Of a DNA stretch of 64,000 nucleotides, positions 61,204 through 64,000 are shown one piece after another. The stretch covers positions 91,388,001 to 91,452,000 of the forward strand of contig NC_043001.1 in NCBI RefSeq assembly GCF_006345805.1. The letters are read 5' to 3'. Made by a program: the position numbers and the translations under genes. Below the pieces are notes generated by a model that saw only the letters and a list, made by a program, of their open reading frames with translations, made no database searches and was not told the origin of the DNA. The stretch comes from Octopus sinensis. Lineage: Eukaryota. Position 1 is the stretch's first letter. Each line of letters starts with the position of its first letter.

Positions 61204-62791
61204 AATGTATGTAATCAAGATCTTAACTGATTAACTTTGTAAGGCGGTGAACTGGCGGATTCGTTAGTACGCTTGGAAACATGCTAAGCGACATTTCGCC
61301 CGTCTTTACATTCTCAATTCAAATTTCACCGATGTTGACTTTGTCTTTCATCGTTTCAGACTCGATAAAATAAATACCAGTTGAGCACTCGGGTCCATGT
61401 GGTCGACTTACTCCTCCCCCAAAGATTCTGGCCTTGTGCCAAAATTTAAAAACCAATAAATGAACTTTGTCACTGTTTAAGTAAAATGAAATTTTGATGG
61501 TAAGTTATAATTTAGATTATTTTAAAACAGGATATTTGTAGCATCAAGGTCGAGCTCGGGCGGTTCGGTTATAAAAGCGTAGGCAAATTATGATTGCAGT
61601 ATTTTAAAGTATTTTAAACTGCAATCAGTTTCCGTCGACTAAATCCACTTATAAGGTTTTGGTCGACCCGAGGCTATAGTAGATTACACTTGTCCAAGGT
61701 GCCACGCAGTGGGACTGAACCCGGATCCATGTGTTTGGTAAGCAAGCTACTTACCACACAGCCACTCATAAAGTTAATACCATAAATTGTTTCTGATTTT
61801 GGCACAAGGCCAGCAAATTTAAGGGATGGAAATTAATTAATACCATCAACACTAAAACTTGACTGGTATTCTGTTTCATCGTTCCTGGTGGGATAAGAGG
61901 ATAAATTGACCGCGGCGGGATTTGAACTGAGAATGTAAAGAGCCAAAACGGAATAATTACTCCCGACACTCTAACCATTCTGCCACCTTGCTGCGTTGCG
62001 TAAGCCTTTGTAATTTAGGTACAAGGACAGCAATTTTTTATAAGGTGGAGGTAAATGATTAAATCAACTCTAGTATGAGACTGGAATTCTATTTTATCGA
62101 TCTCTGAGCGGTGGAAGGCAAAGTTGATGCCAACGGAACGGGAACTCAGAAGTTAAAGAAAAAACTCTGGCATATGGGCAGCTATTTTGAGGGGACGGGT
62201 TAGTCGATATAATTGATTGAGTTGCTTGACTAGTACTTTATTCTTCCGACCCTGGGGGATGAAAGGCAGAATCGGCTTTAACGTTATTTGAGCTCAGAAC
62301 ATTAAAAATGATAAAGAAATACTGCAAAGCATTTCTTCCGACGCTCTACCGATTATGCCAGCTCACCGCCAAGCTTAATACCATAAAGTGTTACAAGGAG
62401 ATGTGGGTTCATGTCCCACGAGTAGCCTTTGAGTGTTTCAATCCAAAAGTTTTTTTTTTTGTTTTTCAACCCATGCTATTGTTTATGGCTTAGCGTGCTT
62501 CGAGATCCACTGTTTCACCGAAATAAAAAAAGAAACAGAAAATTCACGTTCTCTGTAACGTTTATAAGTACTCATGACGTCAACACCTCCTTCTATCTTT
62601 ATGTTTTCACAATTACGGGATTTGAGAGGGTTTTCTTCGAAAATTTTGTTTTTAATGATAATTTTAATAATCACATACAAGAATTTCATTAACAGTATTA
62701 ATGTTAATTTTAATAGTGTTAATTATATTCTCAAGTTTGTGATTTTATTTTCTGTGGATAATTTTGTATGCGAGTGTCTGTGAGGATATAT

Positions 62792-62863
<72 letters not shown>

Positions 62864-62913
62864 ACATATACATATATATAATATATATATATTATATATA
62901 TATATACATACAT

Positions 62914-63013
<100 letters not shown>

Positions 63014-64000
63014 CATACGTGTTGGTGCACGTAGCCATGTATGCTTTCTGGACTGCGTTCTAATACACAGAACGTGTGAAAATATTTCAATCATGGATTA
63101 TTTCCCTTAGATTATAGTTGCCAACACTATGTACGAGGGTGGGGGGGCACTGAATACGCATTACTCTTTGTAGTTTTAGCTTTCTGTTTTAATTATTTAT
63201 CTCCCCAATCTTTTTACCTTTTACTTGCTTAAGTCACTGGACTGCGGCCATGTTTCAGCACAGTCTCGATGGGTTTTAATCGAATAATTCGGCCCTGTTA
63301 CTTACGTTGCTGTTATTATTATTATTTTAAGTCTGGTACTCATTCTATCGATTTATTTCGCTGACCGGTTACAATACGGGGACGTAAACAAACGAACGCC
63401 GGTTGTCAAGCGATGGTGGGAACAAACACGAGTACAAGGAAACGGGTTTCCATACAGTTTCCATCAACCAAATTCATTCACATTGCATTGATTGATGCAC
63501 AAGTTTGAAACAAATTAGTGTTGAATGACAAGCAGCTAAAAGTGAGACGAAACAAAAAAGCGAGACTAGATTTCTCGAAGGAGGAATTTCTCTTCATGTG
63601 CCGTTCGCCCAAAATTCGTGTTAATAAAAATTAAATAAGATAAGGATAAGAAAGGATGAAAGGCAAAGTCGACCTCGGCGGAATTTGAACTCAGAACGTA
63701 AAGAAAGAGGAAATACCGCTATGTATTTCGCCCGACGTGCTAACGTTTATTATTTCTTTACTGCCCACAAGGGGCTACACACAGAAGGGACAAACAAGGA
63801 CAGACAAACGGATTAAGTCGATCATATCGACCCCAGTGCGTAACTGGTACTTATTTAATCGAGCCCGAAAGGATAAAAGGAAAAGTCGACCTCGGCGGAA
63901 TTTGAACTCAGAATGTAGCGGCAGACAAAATGCCGCTACGCATTTCACCCGGCGTGCTAACGTTTCTGCCACCTCGCTGCCTCCCCTCTTTTAATATTGT

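Overview
Eukaryotic, repeat-dense animal genomic DNA. The SINE families and the (TA)n/(CA)n load point to an octopus, which is an inference from repeat types. A 100-N scaffold gap at 33955-34054 means the two halves may not be truly adjacent. One host gene is supported: the 5' part of an ANKS3 orthologue on the minus strand. It has six coding exons (21917-21721, 21324-21126, 20612-20491, 17965-17884, 2983-2872, 1249-1169) with consistent splice phases and a ~14.9-kb intron 4, and it continues off the left edge. The rest is mobile DNA and simple repeats: a Tx1-like ORF1-only retroelement inserted twice at the start codon of a DD37D (maT) transposon; a Merlin transposon split by a fold-back element; an R4/Dong-type RLE LINE fragment in (TAA)n; a near-full-length CR1-type LINE whose APE-RT frame carries an N-terminal Myb/SANT-like domain; two Helitrons; mariner and pogo remnants; MITEs; and at least five SINE families. 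The strongest candidates for novelty are four. (1) The ORF1-only Tx1-like element, with its repeated use of one target site and the SINEs that share its 3' tail. (2) The Myb-APE-RT LINE and its own tail-sharing SINE. (3) A 70-bp-arm hairpin built from the 3' end of U6 snRNA. (4) Several independent fold-back inverted duplications. All alignments were done by eye; no database searches were run.
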